Virus record (IMG/VR): IMGVR_UViG_3300025598_001677
Span: 1 to 28,278 of that record
DNA length: 28,278 nt
Source: a virus
Taxonomy: Duplodnaviria > Caudoviricetes
Direction: 5' to 3' (one strand)
In this document: in pieces, positions 1-9,671 of the stretch
Layout of the letters: each line of letters begins with the position of its first letter
How positions within the stretch are numbered: position 1 is the stretch's first letter
Translations under genes and position numbers: made by a program
Notes under the pieces: generated by a model
Told to the model about the DNA's origin: nothing
The model's database searches: none
Seen by the model: only the letters and a program-made list of their open reading frames with translations

Positions 1-543
1 CACAGGCCCAGGCCCATGAAGCCCCTGCCCCGGTGCGCCCGTCCCCGTCCCCTGAGCCGGAAGAAACGCTGGACCGCCAATTGATCCGCCGCCGCTTACA
101 GCCTGTGGCTGTGCTCCACCGTGATACGACGCCTGAGAAGCAGGACTAGCCGCATACGCGCTGTATGCCCGCCAATAGTAAGTGCCGTTGCCGAGAAAGA
201 TTGAATGGTTTCGGCTATCGCCCATGTGGATAGCTTGCGGGTTCTGAAAATTCGGCGTGGTGGAATATTCTGCGTAATACTTGATCCCGCGATAGATGGG
301 GTTCTGATCGGTGATCGCTATGTGAAAATGCCCGTTCTGTCCGGTCACTTTCAAGCCGTTGATGGGAGGCGGGGCCGCTGGTTGCCCTTGCGTGTTGCCG
401 TTGCTCTGCATCGCCAGATTATCTTGCCCTCGGAGCATGTCCGAAAGAAGGCCATGCAAGCGCGTCCCAAAGTCAGGAGCGCCCTCAAGTTTGAGATTCT
501 TCAGCCAGGCGATGTCACGAACCTGAGAGGATTGCTGACTCAT
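1..543 (-). CDS. Putative virion/tail protein with a fibronectin-III-like domain (3' end truncated by the window)
   Basis: Not in the ORF track. ATG at 543 overlaps the stop of the 1193-aa gene (ATGA) and the frame is open to base 1. Translation MSQQSSQVRDIAWLKN...YYAEYSTTPNF...LGNGTYYWRAYS has Fn3-like motifs. Confidence 0.7.
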   Translation of the reverse strand, partial: MSQQSSQVRDIAWLKNLKLEGAPDFGTRLHGLLSDMLRGQDNLAMQSNGNTQGQPAAPPPINGLKVTGQNGHFHIAITDQNPIYRGIKYYAEYSTTPNFQNPQAIHMGDSRNHSIFLGNGTYYWRAYSAYAASPASQASYHGGAQPQAVSGGGSIGGPAFLPAQGTGTGAPGQGLHGPGPV

Positions 544-3500
544 AACGAACCCCTGACGGGCATCCGGGTAGCGGGCCGAAGGGCCACAACTACCTTAGAA
601 AGCTGAAAACTGTTATTCGTCCCCGAGCTAGGAGACGAGGTAAACTTGAACGCGATGCGCCCGCCTTGCGCGTTGCCGCCGCCCCACTCCAAATCATGCG
701 TGGGGTTCTGAATCGCCGCCCGGACGCATTGAAGCGGCCATTGGTTGCTCAATGCGTCGGGATAGGCCGATATTGTCAGGTTGCCGATGCCAGCAACAAA
801 CGCCTGAAGATAGGTGACTACCTTGCGATGACTGCCAAGCTGTAAACCCTGCTCTTGCTCTCTGCTCACGAAAAAATAAGTGGTGTAGTAGGGCGAGATC
901 AGGCCGTAATCATCGTCTGTGAGATAGGCTGGATTCAACACGTACAGATTGCCGAAAGCGTTGGCTGTTGACGCGCCCGGAGTGACACCATTCCCGGCGA
1001 AAAACGTGCTCTGCAATGAAGCCGTCGAGCCTTGATACATCAAGGCCGCGCCGTTCATGGAGAGTTGCCAAGGTGACCATTTGCGCGTTTTGTCCGTAGT
1101 CAAGAGCTTGCCGCTCATGCCGATTTTGATAGGCCCGCTGTTGGCAATTTCGGAGCCCTGCAATTCCTGATAGTTCAGATAGTAAATGACATCGGGGGCC
1201 GTCGCCGTGCCAGTCGGCAAGCCAAAATACATGCACCGCGCGCGCGGATCATTGAGCGCCCAGATGGTCCGGTAAGCCGCTGGGTTGATCTGATTCCAGT
1301 TCGGCGTGATTTCTTGCGTGAGTAACCATGGCTGATCGCCCGCGAAGAACTGAGCGCCACTCCAAGACGCCCATGCAAACCATTCCTCGCCGCCAGAGGC
1401 GCTGGAATCGTCGCTCTGTGATTGCGTGATGCCATTGGCCGAAACCGCCCCGCAATTGGAAGCAATCTCATTCACAGTCCAGCCGGAAGGCTCCGTAACA
1501 CCGTTCGCGTTCGTCTCGTGCAATCGGCCGGCCGGATCTTGCGTCAACATGCAAAGCGAATCTCGGAGAATCGCCATGCCCATAATTTTCCGCTGATCGT
1601 TGACGGGGCCAAACTTGCCCGTTACGCCGTCAAATGCCTCGGGATTGCCCACATAGGATGCATAAGCGATTTGATCTAGTGTCGGTTGAGCCGCGTAAAT
1701 CACACTCATCTCATCTACGTTCACCGTCAAAGGCGTTGCTATGCCAGGAATAGCGGCCAAGTAGACATCAAAGGTCAAATCGGCGGGAATCGTCGCCGGG
1801 GTTTTCGCGCTGAAAACCGCTTCCACCCATCCGCCGTTCGTCGTAATGGCCGAGCCCGGAATACCAGCGAAAGCCACAAAGCCAGCCGAGAAACTGCTGA
1901 TCTTCGCCGTTAGTTGGTAGTGGGTATCCGTCGCGCTACATGAGACAAAGCAGCGGAACTTATAGAGGGTGTTCGCCGCGGCCAATGGTGCGCCGTAGGC
2001 ATCCTGATAGAAACTCTGCGAAATCTCGCCAAAGCTGGTAGTGGTGCTCACCGTGCCTGAGGCCGTCATTGACCATTGAGCCGCGCTTCGTGTGCTGCTC
2101 GAAAGCGCCCCGCCGCCTGACTTCAAATCCCAGCCAGTCGGGATCGTTGGAGATGTTGGCAGCGCGCCACCCTCAAAACCCATGTTGAGCAAGCCCTGAA
2201 CGTTGTTCCGCTGCCCAAAGGCGATAAGACGCTGATTGTAGTACGAAAACGAGAGGGCGCCATCTAAAACGCGCTGGTTGGCCGTATTGTTGCCCGGAAT
2301 GCTGGTCGAAATCGAGTTGAAAAGCGTATTGTCTGAGAAGTCGAGGATCGCCGCCGTCGAAGTGTTGTCATTGATCTGGGTAGCCGTCGAAACTTGCTGC
2401 CCATTCGACTGCGCCGGAACGGGAATGTAGTACCAAACCGACCCTTCCGCGCCCGTAAACTCCAGAATGCGCGCCACCACGTTCGGCGGACCAATCGCAA
2501 CATTAGAAACGCTTATATATTGCCCGCCGTTTGCTTCAAATGTCACCGGAGGACTTGGTTTTGTCTGATAGCCCTGCCGAGTCAGAAACGAAAGCCGCAA
2601 TTGATGTTTGCCGGGGGCCGCCAAACCGTAAGGCGTCACCGTGCCCACCGCCGCCGTAGTTGCGTCCGGCCCGTACTGCTGATAGGTGAACGTGTTCGCG
2701 TTCGGGACGCTGGCTACAAAGAAGCTGCCCGCCCATGCGAAAGAAACCGCGCCGCTCGTCCACGTGCCATCTGAGTAATTCAGAGCCACCGTGAACTTAT
2801 TGGCCGTGGGTGCGCTTTGTACCTCGAAATAGCTAGGCGTGGCAGTGTCTAAAATCGGCCAGTCAAGCGTTACCGTGCCGCCCGTCGCCGTGGCGTCTGA
2901 ATCCGTCTGATAGTAGGTGAACTGATTGGGGCCCGGAATGGTCACTACGGCCGTCGAAGTATTGAAACTCGAAACGCTGGCGCCCGCGATGGTAACCGCC
3001 GAGCCGGGGGCCAAGCCATGCGCCGATACCGTCTGAGCCGTGACAATGCCACCCTGCCGCGATAACGTGCTGATGCCACCGCCCACCGAAACGCCAGAGA
3101 CGCCGTTGATGGTAACGAATGCACCAGGCACGAGGCCATGAACTGAAGCCGTGGTGATCGTCGCTACGCCGGGAGTAGCCTCATTATTCACCACGATTGA
3201 CGTAATGCCGCCGCCAACCGCCGATGCTGGAACGTTGCTGATCTGCGCCTGATACCCCACTTGGAGGTTATGCGGGGCCGTGGTCTGCACCGTTACCGTG
3301 TTGGCCGCCCGCACCATCGTGGAGCCGCTGCCGAGGGTGCAAGTTCCACCGAGCCCAAAGACTGTGCCAATGGGAAGCGAGGCCGCGCCCACAATCAAGC
3401 CATTGCCGCCGCCTACGCCCGGGTAAACCTCCAAAATAGTGAATGAGCCGTTTATAGAGGAGTTGCCCGCGATAATGGCTGTGCCACCCACCAACGCGCT

Positions 3501-4121
3501 ACCAGTGGAGGAAACGAAAATGTTGACCGTCGTATAAGGACCGCCCGGAGGCCCGCCCGCTGGGTCTACTTCCACCACCGTAAGAACAGCCGGTGGAGCC
3601 GATACCGCCATGGTCGAAGCAGGAAGCGCCACGCTCCGCACGGTCGGAGGAGCGCCGGGGCCATCCTGCGTTATTCGGTCCAAGAATGTGCCGTCGAACT
3701 GCAAGGGCACATCCGCGCCTAGATTGCCGTCGCTGATCGCAATGTAGGCCCGCCCGAATGCCGAGCAAGCCCGCATATAGAGGCCATGGCTTGCGGGAAC
3801 TTGGTAAATCTGCGTTCGGACGCCGGGGGCCGCTGTCTGGTTTTCCGCGTACAGCTTGCCGCTGGAATCAAAGTACAGATTGTAGATTGTGCCATCCGGC
3901 GCGATGTAGCTCTTTGCCCCGGTGATCGTGACATTCCCGCCAAATGCAGACGAGAATACCTTTTGCAGTCCCGGACGGCTGGAGACGTTGCCGGGAGCAA
4001 AAACACAATCCGAGTTATCAGGAGAGCCGCCGTCTTGAAGGTCGATAGGGCTCATCTCTGTGATGAGTCCCCCGAAAACTTCTAAAGGTACTTCAACTGA
4101 ATTAGTGGGGCCGAAAGCCAT
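540..4121 (-). CDS. Tail nozzle / DNA-stabilisation protein (P22 gp10 / T7 gp12-like position) with inserted beta-rich domains
   Basis: 1193 aa, beta-rich, follows the adaptor-like gene. The N-terminus (FGGL...N.VF....V.SRPGL) is typical of podovirus nozzle proteins. Contains internal TT..HGL..G..VTI.G repeats. Confidence 0.65.
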   Translation of the reverse strand: MAFGPTNSVEVPLEVFGGLITEMSPIDLQDGGSPDNSDCVFAPGNVSSRPGLQKVFSSAFGGNVTITGAKSYIAPDGTIYNLYFDSSGKLYAENQTAAPGVRTQIYQVPASHGLYMRACSAFGRAYIAISDGNLGADVPLQFDGTFLDRITQDGPGAPPTVRSVALPASTMAVSAPPAVLTVVEVDPAGGPPGGPYTTVNIFVSSTGSALVGGTAIIAGNSSINGSFTILEVYPGVGGGNGLIVGAASLPIGTVFGLGGTCTLGSGSTMVRAANTVTVQTTAPHNLQVGYQAQISNVPASAVGGGITSIVVNNEATPGVATITTASVHGLVPGAFVTINGVSGVSVGGGISTLSRQGGIVTAQTVSAHGLAPGSAVTIAGASVSSFNTSTAVVTIPGPNQFTYYQTDSDATATGGTVTLDWPILDTATPSYFEVQSAPTANKFTVALNYSDGTWTSGAVSFAWAGSFFVASVPNANTFTYQQYGPDATTAAVGTVTPYGLAAPGKHQLRLSFLTRQGYQTKPSPPVTFEANGGQYISVSNVAIGPPNVVARILEFTGAEGSVWYYIPVPAQSNGQQVSTATQINDNTSTAAILDFSDNTLFNSISTSIPGNNTANQRVLDGALSFSYYNQRLIAFGQRNNVQGLLNMGFEGGALPTSPTIPTGWDLKSGGGALSSSTRSAAQWSMTASGTVSTTTSFGEISQSFYQDAYGAPLAAANTLYKFRCFVSCSATDTHYQLTAKISSFSAGFVAFAGIPGSAITTNGGWVEAVFSAKTPATIPADLTFDVYLAAIPGIATPLTVNVDEMSVIYAAQPTLDQIAYASYVGNPEAFDGVTGKFGPVNDQRKIMGMAILRDSLCMLTQDPAGRLHETNANGVTEPSGWTVNEIASNCGAVSANGITQSQSDDSSASGGEEWFAWASWSGAQFFAGDQPWLLTQEITPNWNQINPAAYRTIWALNDPRARCMYFGLPTGTATAPDVIYYLNYQELQGSEIANSGPIKIGMSGKLLTTDKTRKWSPWQLSMNGAALMYQGSTASLQSTFFAGNGVTPGASTANAFGNLYVLNPAYLTDDDYGLISPYYTTYFFVSREQEQGLQLGSHRKVVTYLQAFVAGIGNLTISAYPDALSNQWPLQCVRAAIQNPTHDLEWGGGNAQGGRIAFKFTSSPSSGTNNSFQLSKVVVALRPATRMPVRGSL

Positions 4122-4125
4122 CTAT

Positions 4126-4503
4126 TTAGAGGAAAGCGAGAAACTCAAACCGAGCGCGGATCACAGCGCCCGTAATGCCAGCCGGATAAGCGCCCGCCGC
4201 TAGCTGCGTTGTGCCGTTGAAAATCTGCACCGCGCAATTTGTCTGATTCGTGCCAGCGCAATAGAGGAACGTATAGCCCGTCCCCGAGGTGCCGGCAACA
4301 GGCCGTTCAATGATGTCGGCAAAGTGCGGCAACAGAGACGACTTGATGGCGTCCGCACCGAGGCCCGGAGCGCCTACCGCGTTCTGAAAATTGAGCGTGT
4401 CGCCGCCCGTCACATAGTTCCCGGTGAAAGCCAGTGCGCCTTCAACGATAAAGCTGCTTTGATCCGTGCTCTGAAACGAGTCCACAGTAAACGTAATAGC
4501 CAT
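4126..4503 (-). CDS. Small beta-rich virion structural protein
   Basis: 125 aa, Gly/Thr/Ala-rich, AGGAG RBS upstream, lies within the structural module. Confidence 0.55.
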   Translation of the reverse strand: MAITFTVDSFQSTDQSSFIVEGALAFTGNYVTGGDTLNFQNAVGAPGLGADAIKSSLLPHFADIIERPVAGTSGTGYTFLYCAGTNQTNCAVQIFNGTTQLAAGAYPAGITGAVIRARFEFLAFL

Positions 4504-4515
4504 GGGTGAAACTCC

Positions 4516-5298
4516 TTAGTAGTTGTTTTGATAAATGTCTGAACTGAATGCACGTCTCCGGGTCGATACGCGCTGTTTTGCTTTCACGTCCCGGTTGAAA
4601 ATCAACTGTACGCCGTCGCGCCCCTCTTGCAAGAGCGAATCCGCGTCCATGTCGCCGCGTGGTTTCGATATCTGATACGCGATGTAACAGGCGAAGACAT
4701 CGGCGCAATCGACTATTGGGATGGGCTGGTTATACCAAAAGACGGGGCCAATAGTCTGAAACGAGGCAAGCCCTTGCAAATATTCAATTTGCAAATCTAC
4801 GTTGCTCTGCGCCCCAGGCATTCGGATAGCGTCTTGCCGCCACTCCCAAACGCCGTTAAAGGATTGCTTGGGGTTCTGCGGTAGCCCGTCAATGCAGTTC
4901 TGAAGAGGCAAGCTAAACGGCGTGTTTGTGCCCGTCTGCCGTTCGCACACATAAAGCGGAGAGAAAAAATCAGGAGGCAGAATCAAATCCGGCCAGAGGT
5001 TCGCGGTATCGTTGTAGCCCGTCCAACTTAGCGAGACCTCCGAGGCCGGATCAAGCGATTGAACCGGAGGCAAGTTCTCAATGATGATTTTGCCCTTCGT
5101 GCGCGTGTAGCCCTTGTTGGTGAGATCCCGCTGAAACATGCGCCACGCCGCATTAGTCGCCGTCTGCGAGTACACCTGGTTGTTCGTGAACATCTCGCCG
5201 CCCGGAATGACGTAATCATTTAGCTTCAGACGCGCGATGTCCAGCGCAACCGTTACCGGATCGTAGGGAGCACCAGAGACGGGAGGGAGAATGGGCAT
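4516..5298 (-). CDS. Head-tail adaptor protein (P22 gp4 / T7 gp11-like)
   Basis: 260 aa between capsid and nozzle genes. N-terminal helices, central LP.DF motif and beta region, C-terminal helices. Confidence 0.55.
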   Translation of the reverse strand: MPILPPVSGAPYDPVTVALDIARLKLNDYVIPGGEMFTNNQVYSQTATNAAWRMFQRDLTNKGYTRTKGKIIIENLPPVQSLDPASEVSLSWTGYNDTANLWPDLILPPDFFSPLYVCERQTGTNTPFSLPLQNCIDGLPQNPKQSFNGVWEWRQDAIRMPGAQSNVDLQIEYLQGLASFQTIGPVFWYNQPIPIVDCADVFACYIAYQISKPRGDMDADSLLQEGRDGVQLIFNRDVKAKQRVSTRRRAFSSDIYQNNY

Positions 5299-6027
5299 TT
5301 ACTTACCAGCGAAACGAGGCGCGATAATTCCGGCTTTCACCTGTTCATCGAACTTAGTTCGATTGATGACGGCTTGACACGTGGCACACATGGAAGCCTC
5401 CGGGTCGCAGGGAGACGCGCAAGCGGGACACTTTTGCAAACCCTTCGGCTGATAGTTGCCGAGCCACGTTTCATCATTTAGGTTCAGCCGAGACGCCGCC
5501 CATTTATGTTCCTCGCCAATGGTTTCCTGTGCCGCTTTCGCGCCTTGCGAGTGAGCTTGCCGCGCTTCTTTTACCAGCGATTCACAATACTCCGTCAGTT
5601 TCTTGTTGGCTTCCGCCAATTCCTGCGCCGTGGGCTTCTCGCCCGCTGCAATGAAGATTCCAAAGCGAGTCAGGTTTTCGGCGGGGCTTCGCATCGGACC
5701 AACGCCGATGATCTGGTGAGCAAAATATCTGCCGTCTTCCTGATGAATGCCCATTTTCTTTTCGTTCTCTGGATAGGGGCTGATGACAACGCCGGGAACG
5801 ATGAGCGGGGCCGAGTGCTTTTGCCCCTCTTCACACTTAGGGATGAACCAGCGTCCATCTGAGGACATCGAAACTTCTTTGCCCCACGGTCCCACGTTGT
5901 AGATGTAAACCTTGTTGCGTTCCGACACTTGCCGGATCAATTCAGGGATAGCGGGCATTTCGCGGCCGCCGTTCGTTTCTCTGACCATCTGCTGAACGCT
6001 GCGCGCTGCTTCTGTTGCGGTAATCAT
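5299..6027 (-). CDS. Phage protein with C-terminal zinc ribbon
   Basis: 242 aa, CPAC-x7-MCATC near the C-terminus, AAGGA RBS, abuts the next gene. Confidence 0.7.
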   Translation of the reverse strand: MITATEAARSVQQMVRETNGGREMPAIPELIRQVSERNKVYIYNVGPWGKEVSMSSDGRWFIPKCEEGQKHSAPLIVPGVVISPYPENEKKMGIHQEDGRYFAHQIIGVGPMRSPAENLTRFGIFIAAGEKPTAQELAEANKKLTEYCESLVKEARQAHSQGAKAAQETIGEEHKWAASRLNLNDETWLGNYQPKGLQKCPACASPCDPEASMCATCQAVINRTKFDEQVKAGIIAPRFAGK

Positions 6028-6039
6028 AAAATCCTTTGG

Positions 6040-6675
6040 TTAGGGTTGCAGGATAGCGGGGCCGCGTCGAGTGGGTAGCCCTGCCTGATGTGCTGTTAAT
6101 TCGATTGGGTAACTCTTGGTCGAGCGCTTCGCATGAGCGCCCACCATAGGCCGCATGAAATACGCCGGGAGGCTTTCGCGGATCATGCCATCTAGCTTGG
6201 CGTCCCGCTGCTTCTCTTCGGCTTCGTTGTCGGCTTTCGCCCGCTGCGCCACTTGCTGAGGCGTTCGCAGTTTGGCGCGTTCCGCGCGCTGGATGAGTTC
6301 GCCTATGTTGGCATCGCCGGGGCTGGTCACCACGAAGGCATGGAGTAACTCATACTCGCCGCGTGACGGATAAAGGCCCATGCAGAGCATCCCGGTTACA
6401 GGGTCGCGTGTCTCCAAGTCCCAACGCTCTTGGCTCATGCCCGTAAAATCCCAGGCGGATAGCCACTTTTCGAGAATCCATTTATGCGCCGGGATAGCGT
6501 CGTAGGTTTGTAGCCATTCGTACCCGATCTTTCCCGAAGACCACAATCCGCCTACCATGCTGCGACGGGTGCCGTTGAACACAATCCGGTAGAGGTTTTC
6601 CCCGAACGGATTGACGCCAAACTGCGCCATGGAATACGGATAGTGCTGCAAGCTGGCTTTGGGATCGTAGCTCAT
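6040..6675 (-). CDS. Hypothetical phage protein
   Basis: 211 aa, start overlaps the upstream stop (ATGA). Confidence 0.7.
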   Translation of the reverse strand: MSYDPKASLQHYPYSMAQFGVNPFGENLYRIVFNGTRRSMVGGLWSSGKIGYEWLQTYDAIPAHKWILEKWLSAWDFTGMSQERWDLETRDPVTGMLCMGLYPSRGEYELLHAFVVTSPGDANIGELIQRAERAKLRTPQQVAQRAKADNEAEEKQRDAKLDGMIRESLPAYFMRPMVGAHAKRSTKSYPIELTAHQAGLPTRRGPAILQP

Positions 6676-6902
6676 TGCTGTTCTTTGCTGGCTGCTTCGA
6701 GAGCGGTTTTGAGGTTTTGCGCCGCCGCAATCAATGCGGTTTCTTCCGCCCCGAGCTTTTCAGCTAGCCCGGAGATGTGCGCCGAATTGATCTGCGGATT
6801 GTTGACCAGTTCTTTGCTGATCGCGGTACGGTACGCGCTGGAAGTCACCGTAATCGCTTCCGCCGCCGTTAGGATGTCCACTACTGGATTGAGTTCTGCC
6901 AT
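6672..6902 (-). CDS. Small helical hypothetical protein
   Basis: 76 aa, AGGGAG RBS, follows the post-capsid hairpin. Confidence 0.7.
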   Translation of the reverse strand: MAELNPVVDILTAAEAITVTSSAYRTAISKELVNNPQINSAHISGLAEKLGAEETALIAAAQNLKTALEAASKEQQ

Positions 6903-6911
6903 ATCTCCCTT

Positions 6912-6938
6912 AACAGAGGGCCGCTGGTGACGGCCCTC
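6912..6938 (-). terminator. Hairpin after the major capsid gene (weak terminator or mRNA stabiliser)
   Basis: Perfect 8-bp stem GAGGGCCG/CGGCCCTC (6916-6938) followed only by TGTT. Confidence 0.55.
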
Positions 6939-6950
6939 CGGGTTGAGTCA

Positions 6951-8222
6951 CTACCGACCGAAGAAGCCAGTCGGGATAGTCACGTTGGTCATGTAGGCGC
7001 CCAAACGCGGTTGGCCGTTGCCAACCTGAACCATTTGGACAAGGTAGAACAACTCCGAGGAGGTAAGAGAGCCGCTTGTACCGTCGTACAACGGGAAAAC
7101 GGTCTGCCCGCCCGCTTCGTAGTAGTCCAGCTTTTTGGTTTCAATTTTGAACCAATGTTTGAGAGCCAGCCAATCGAGACGGCCAGGGATGGCCCGTTCG
7201 TTCACCAGCATCGGACGCCCGCCAATCGTCTTGGGGGCTTCCTTCGATAGCATGTCTTGCGAATTGCTACCGCCCTTGAAATCGTCAATGCGCTGGACTT
7301 GGAGAGCGTTGTTTTCCCACGCTGCCTCCATGTCTACTCCGCAATGAACCATCAAGTCCTGTTTCTGGTACTCTTCGATGCCCATCGCCAGCTTGATTTG
7401 GCCGGCCAACGCGCGAACACGCGCCGGGGTCAAAGCGCCCGATGTGGTAATGGAGGGAGTCGAGAAGCGGCCAGGGTAGCTGGACCGCGCGATGTTCATG
7501 TAAGTGCCGGTGTTGGCCGAGGTCTGGTAATACTGCAAACCAAACAACCCGGAGGCCGCGGTACCCGCCGAACCGTTGATGAGAAGCAAGTCGCCCGCCG
7601 TGGTGCCAGCAGGGACGGCGCCCGTCAACCAAATGCAGTTGTTAGCCGAGTCAACAAAGTTGACCGTAACCGTACCGCGATTGGTGCCACCAAGGGCAGA
7701 CCACACGTCCAAGTCCCAACCGTCACCAAAGAGGTTAGCGTTGTGAACGCCTAAGCAGTTGGAGCCTATCACGTTCACGCTAACAATGCTGTCCAGCGTG
7801 TTCGAGCCGTCGCCCTGAAAAGCCGCGTCCATGAAGCCCGCGTGGGTTTTGGTCGCTTCCTTCTGGGTCAAGACAACGTAATTTTCAATCGCCTTCTCGT
7901 CAGAGTTCGTAGACCACTCGGTAAGGGCCGAGTACTGCCACGCGCTCAAGAGCGAGACGCAAGAGAGAGCGCCGGGGACTTCCGTGACGCTGGAGCCTTG
8001 GCCCAAAACGCCGCCGTCGAAGTTACCAACGCGAGGTTTACCGCCACCCTGCACCAAGAACGGAATGCGGGCCGGACGGTTAGAAACGGCTGTTACATCA
8101 GTGCGGGTTTTGATTTCCGACCAAAGCCGAGAGGAAGCCAGAAACAATTTTTCGAGTTCCGGCCGAAGATATTCACGCTGTGCCGCTACTGCCTGGGACA
8201 CAACTGCGCCTGTATTTGCCAT
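6951..8222 (-). CDS. Major capsid protein
   Basis: 423 aa, follows the scaffold-like gene, strong AGGAG RBS and a downstream hairpin. HK97-fold-like pattern (FQGDGS, P.TIGG.PMLVNER...G, C-terminal PRLGAYMTN). Confidence 0.85.
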   Translation of the reverse strand: MANTGAVVSQAVAAQREYLRPELEKLFLASSRLWSEIKTRTDVTAVSNRPARIPFLVQGGGKPRVGNFDGGVLGQGSSVTEVPGALSCVSLLSAWQYSALTEWSTNSDEKAIENYVVLTQKEATKTHAGFMDAAFQGDGSNTLDSIVSVNVIGSNCLGVHNANLFGDGWDLDVWSALGGTNRGTVTVNFVDSANNCIWLTGAVPAGTTAGDLLLINGSAGTAASGLFGLQYYQTSANTGTYMNIARSSYPGRFSTPSITTSGALTPARVRALAGQIKLAMGIEEYQKQDLMVHCGVDMEAAWENNALQVQRIDDFKGGSNSQDMLSKEAPKTIGGRPMLVNERAIPGRLDWLALKHWFKIETKKLDYYEAGGQTVFPLYDGTSGSLTSSELFYLVQMVQVGNGQPRLGAYMTNVTIPTGFFGR

Positions 8223-8397
8223 AGAAAGACACTCCTAAAGTTGAATTTTTTGAGTGCCCCGCTGTGTGCTCATTTGCCCGTAGGCCAGCTTGAGCGCTGC
8301 TGTGCTTTTACACTTGAGAGCCGAATGAACTAACTGTTTCGCTGAGAGGCTATCGGTTTGAGGCTTCCCGCTACCTGTGCCACTCAACGAAACGAAA

Positions 8398-9663
8398 CTA
8401 CGCCCAAGTGACCTTGCGGCCATCTTTGAGCACCGCTTGACGTTTTGCGATCATGTCCGCATCCGTCACGCGGTAGTTGATTTCTCCAGAATCGGGGCTT
8501 TTGCCCACCCTCTGAAATCCTGCTGGGGCTGCGGGGGCCGCTGGTTTGGCCGGGGCCGCTGCTTGTGGCTGCGCTGCTGCTGCTGCGGGTTTCCCCGTCT
8601 TAGCCGAGCGCATAACCACGCCTACCGCTTGCCGTAAAGCGGCTGGCATCAATTCCTTAAATGTCGATGTGGTGTACTTCAGGTACCCTTCACGGTCACC
8701 CGCTGCCCGATAGCGGTCAACGGTCTGCTCATAGCCAGGCTTGCCGCTGAGAGCGCGTTTGTAATTCGCCTCAAACAGCGTACCGACTGCCGCCCGCTCG
8801 TCATTGCTCAACGGTTGCCCGTTGGTGAGCTTGGATATTTCGGCTTGAAACACTTGCGCCCGCTGCTGGACGCCCGCCGTAGTCCACTCCTTCACGGTTA
8901 GCTCTTGTTCGCGTCTCGCAAGTTCGGCTTCTTTGTCCGTGCCGCCTTGGGGCTGCTTCTCAACGGGAACGATGTCTTTCTGTGCGAAGCCCTTCAAGCC
9001 CTGCACGTAGCCCACGATGTTATTAAAGGCTTCAACCACTTTCGGGTTGTCGGTCGGCATGAGAGCCGCCAGCAATTGCAAGTTAGTGTCGAATCCAGAC
9101 GCCGCCATGTTGGAGGTGATGCACTTGGCAATGTAGGTAGTGAATCCCGCGTTATTCTGCCGCGCGAACTCATCAAACATCGCCGGGGCCAATTTCTGAA
9201 AGGCTACCGGATCGCCCTGAACCAATTCTTTGACGAATGCGGGGTCACCAGCCGTGTAAAGCTCGTCGAACTTCGAGAACTGCCCCGCCGTTTCAATGGC
9301 TTGCTTGATCCCGACTGGACCGCCGAGGCTTTCGATCTCGCCTTTGAGGGCTTGATATTCCTTAACGCCGCCCGGAATAGCCTGTTTGAAGGCGTTGTTT
9401 TCGTAAATCGTGCGCTTGAGTGCCGCCGCTAAAGCCGGATCAGTCGCCTTGAGGCCATCCAAATGCGCCTTTAGCTGGGGGCTGAGTTTTTGCCCGTCCA
9501 GCAGGCTTACCGGGGCTTTCGCCGCCTGTACCGCCGCTTCGTCTTGGTCTACTTGCGGTTCGCCGCCCGTCGCCGCATCGGTCGGAGTTTCGACGGCTGA
9601 TTCTGTGGGAGTTTCAACGGGTGCGGCTTCTACCGCCGCGTCCATCACTGCTACGTCTTCCAT
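8398..9663 (-). CDS. Capsid scaffolding protein
   Basis: 421 aa between portal and capsid. Acidic low-complexity N-terminus, helical core, Ala/Pro-rich C-terminal linker. Confidence 0.7.
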   Translation of the reverse strand: MEDVAVMDAAVEAAPVETPTESAVETPTDAATGGEPQVDQDEAAVQAAKAPVSLLDGQKLSPQLKAHLDGLKATDPALAAALKRTIYENNAFKQAIPGGVKEYQALKGEIESLGGPVGIKQAIETAGQFSKFDELYTAGDPAFVKELVQGDPVAFQKLAPAMFDEFARQNNAGFTTYIAKCITSNMAASGFDTNLQLLAALMPTDNPKVVEAFNNIVGYVQGLKGFAQKDIVPVEKQPQGGTDKEAELARREQELTVKEWTTAGVQQRAQVFQAEISKLTNGQPLSNDERAAVGTLFEANYKRALSGKPGYEQTVDRYRAAGDREGYLKYTTSTFKELMPAALRQAVGVVMRSAKTGKPAAAAAQPQAAAPAKPAAPAAPAGFQRVGKSPDSGEINYRVTDADMIAKRQAVLKDGRKVTWA

Positions 9664-9671
9664 GTTTTCCT

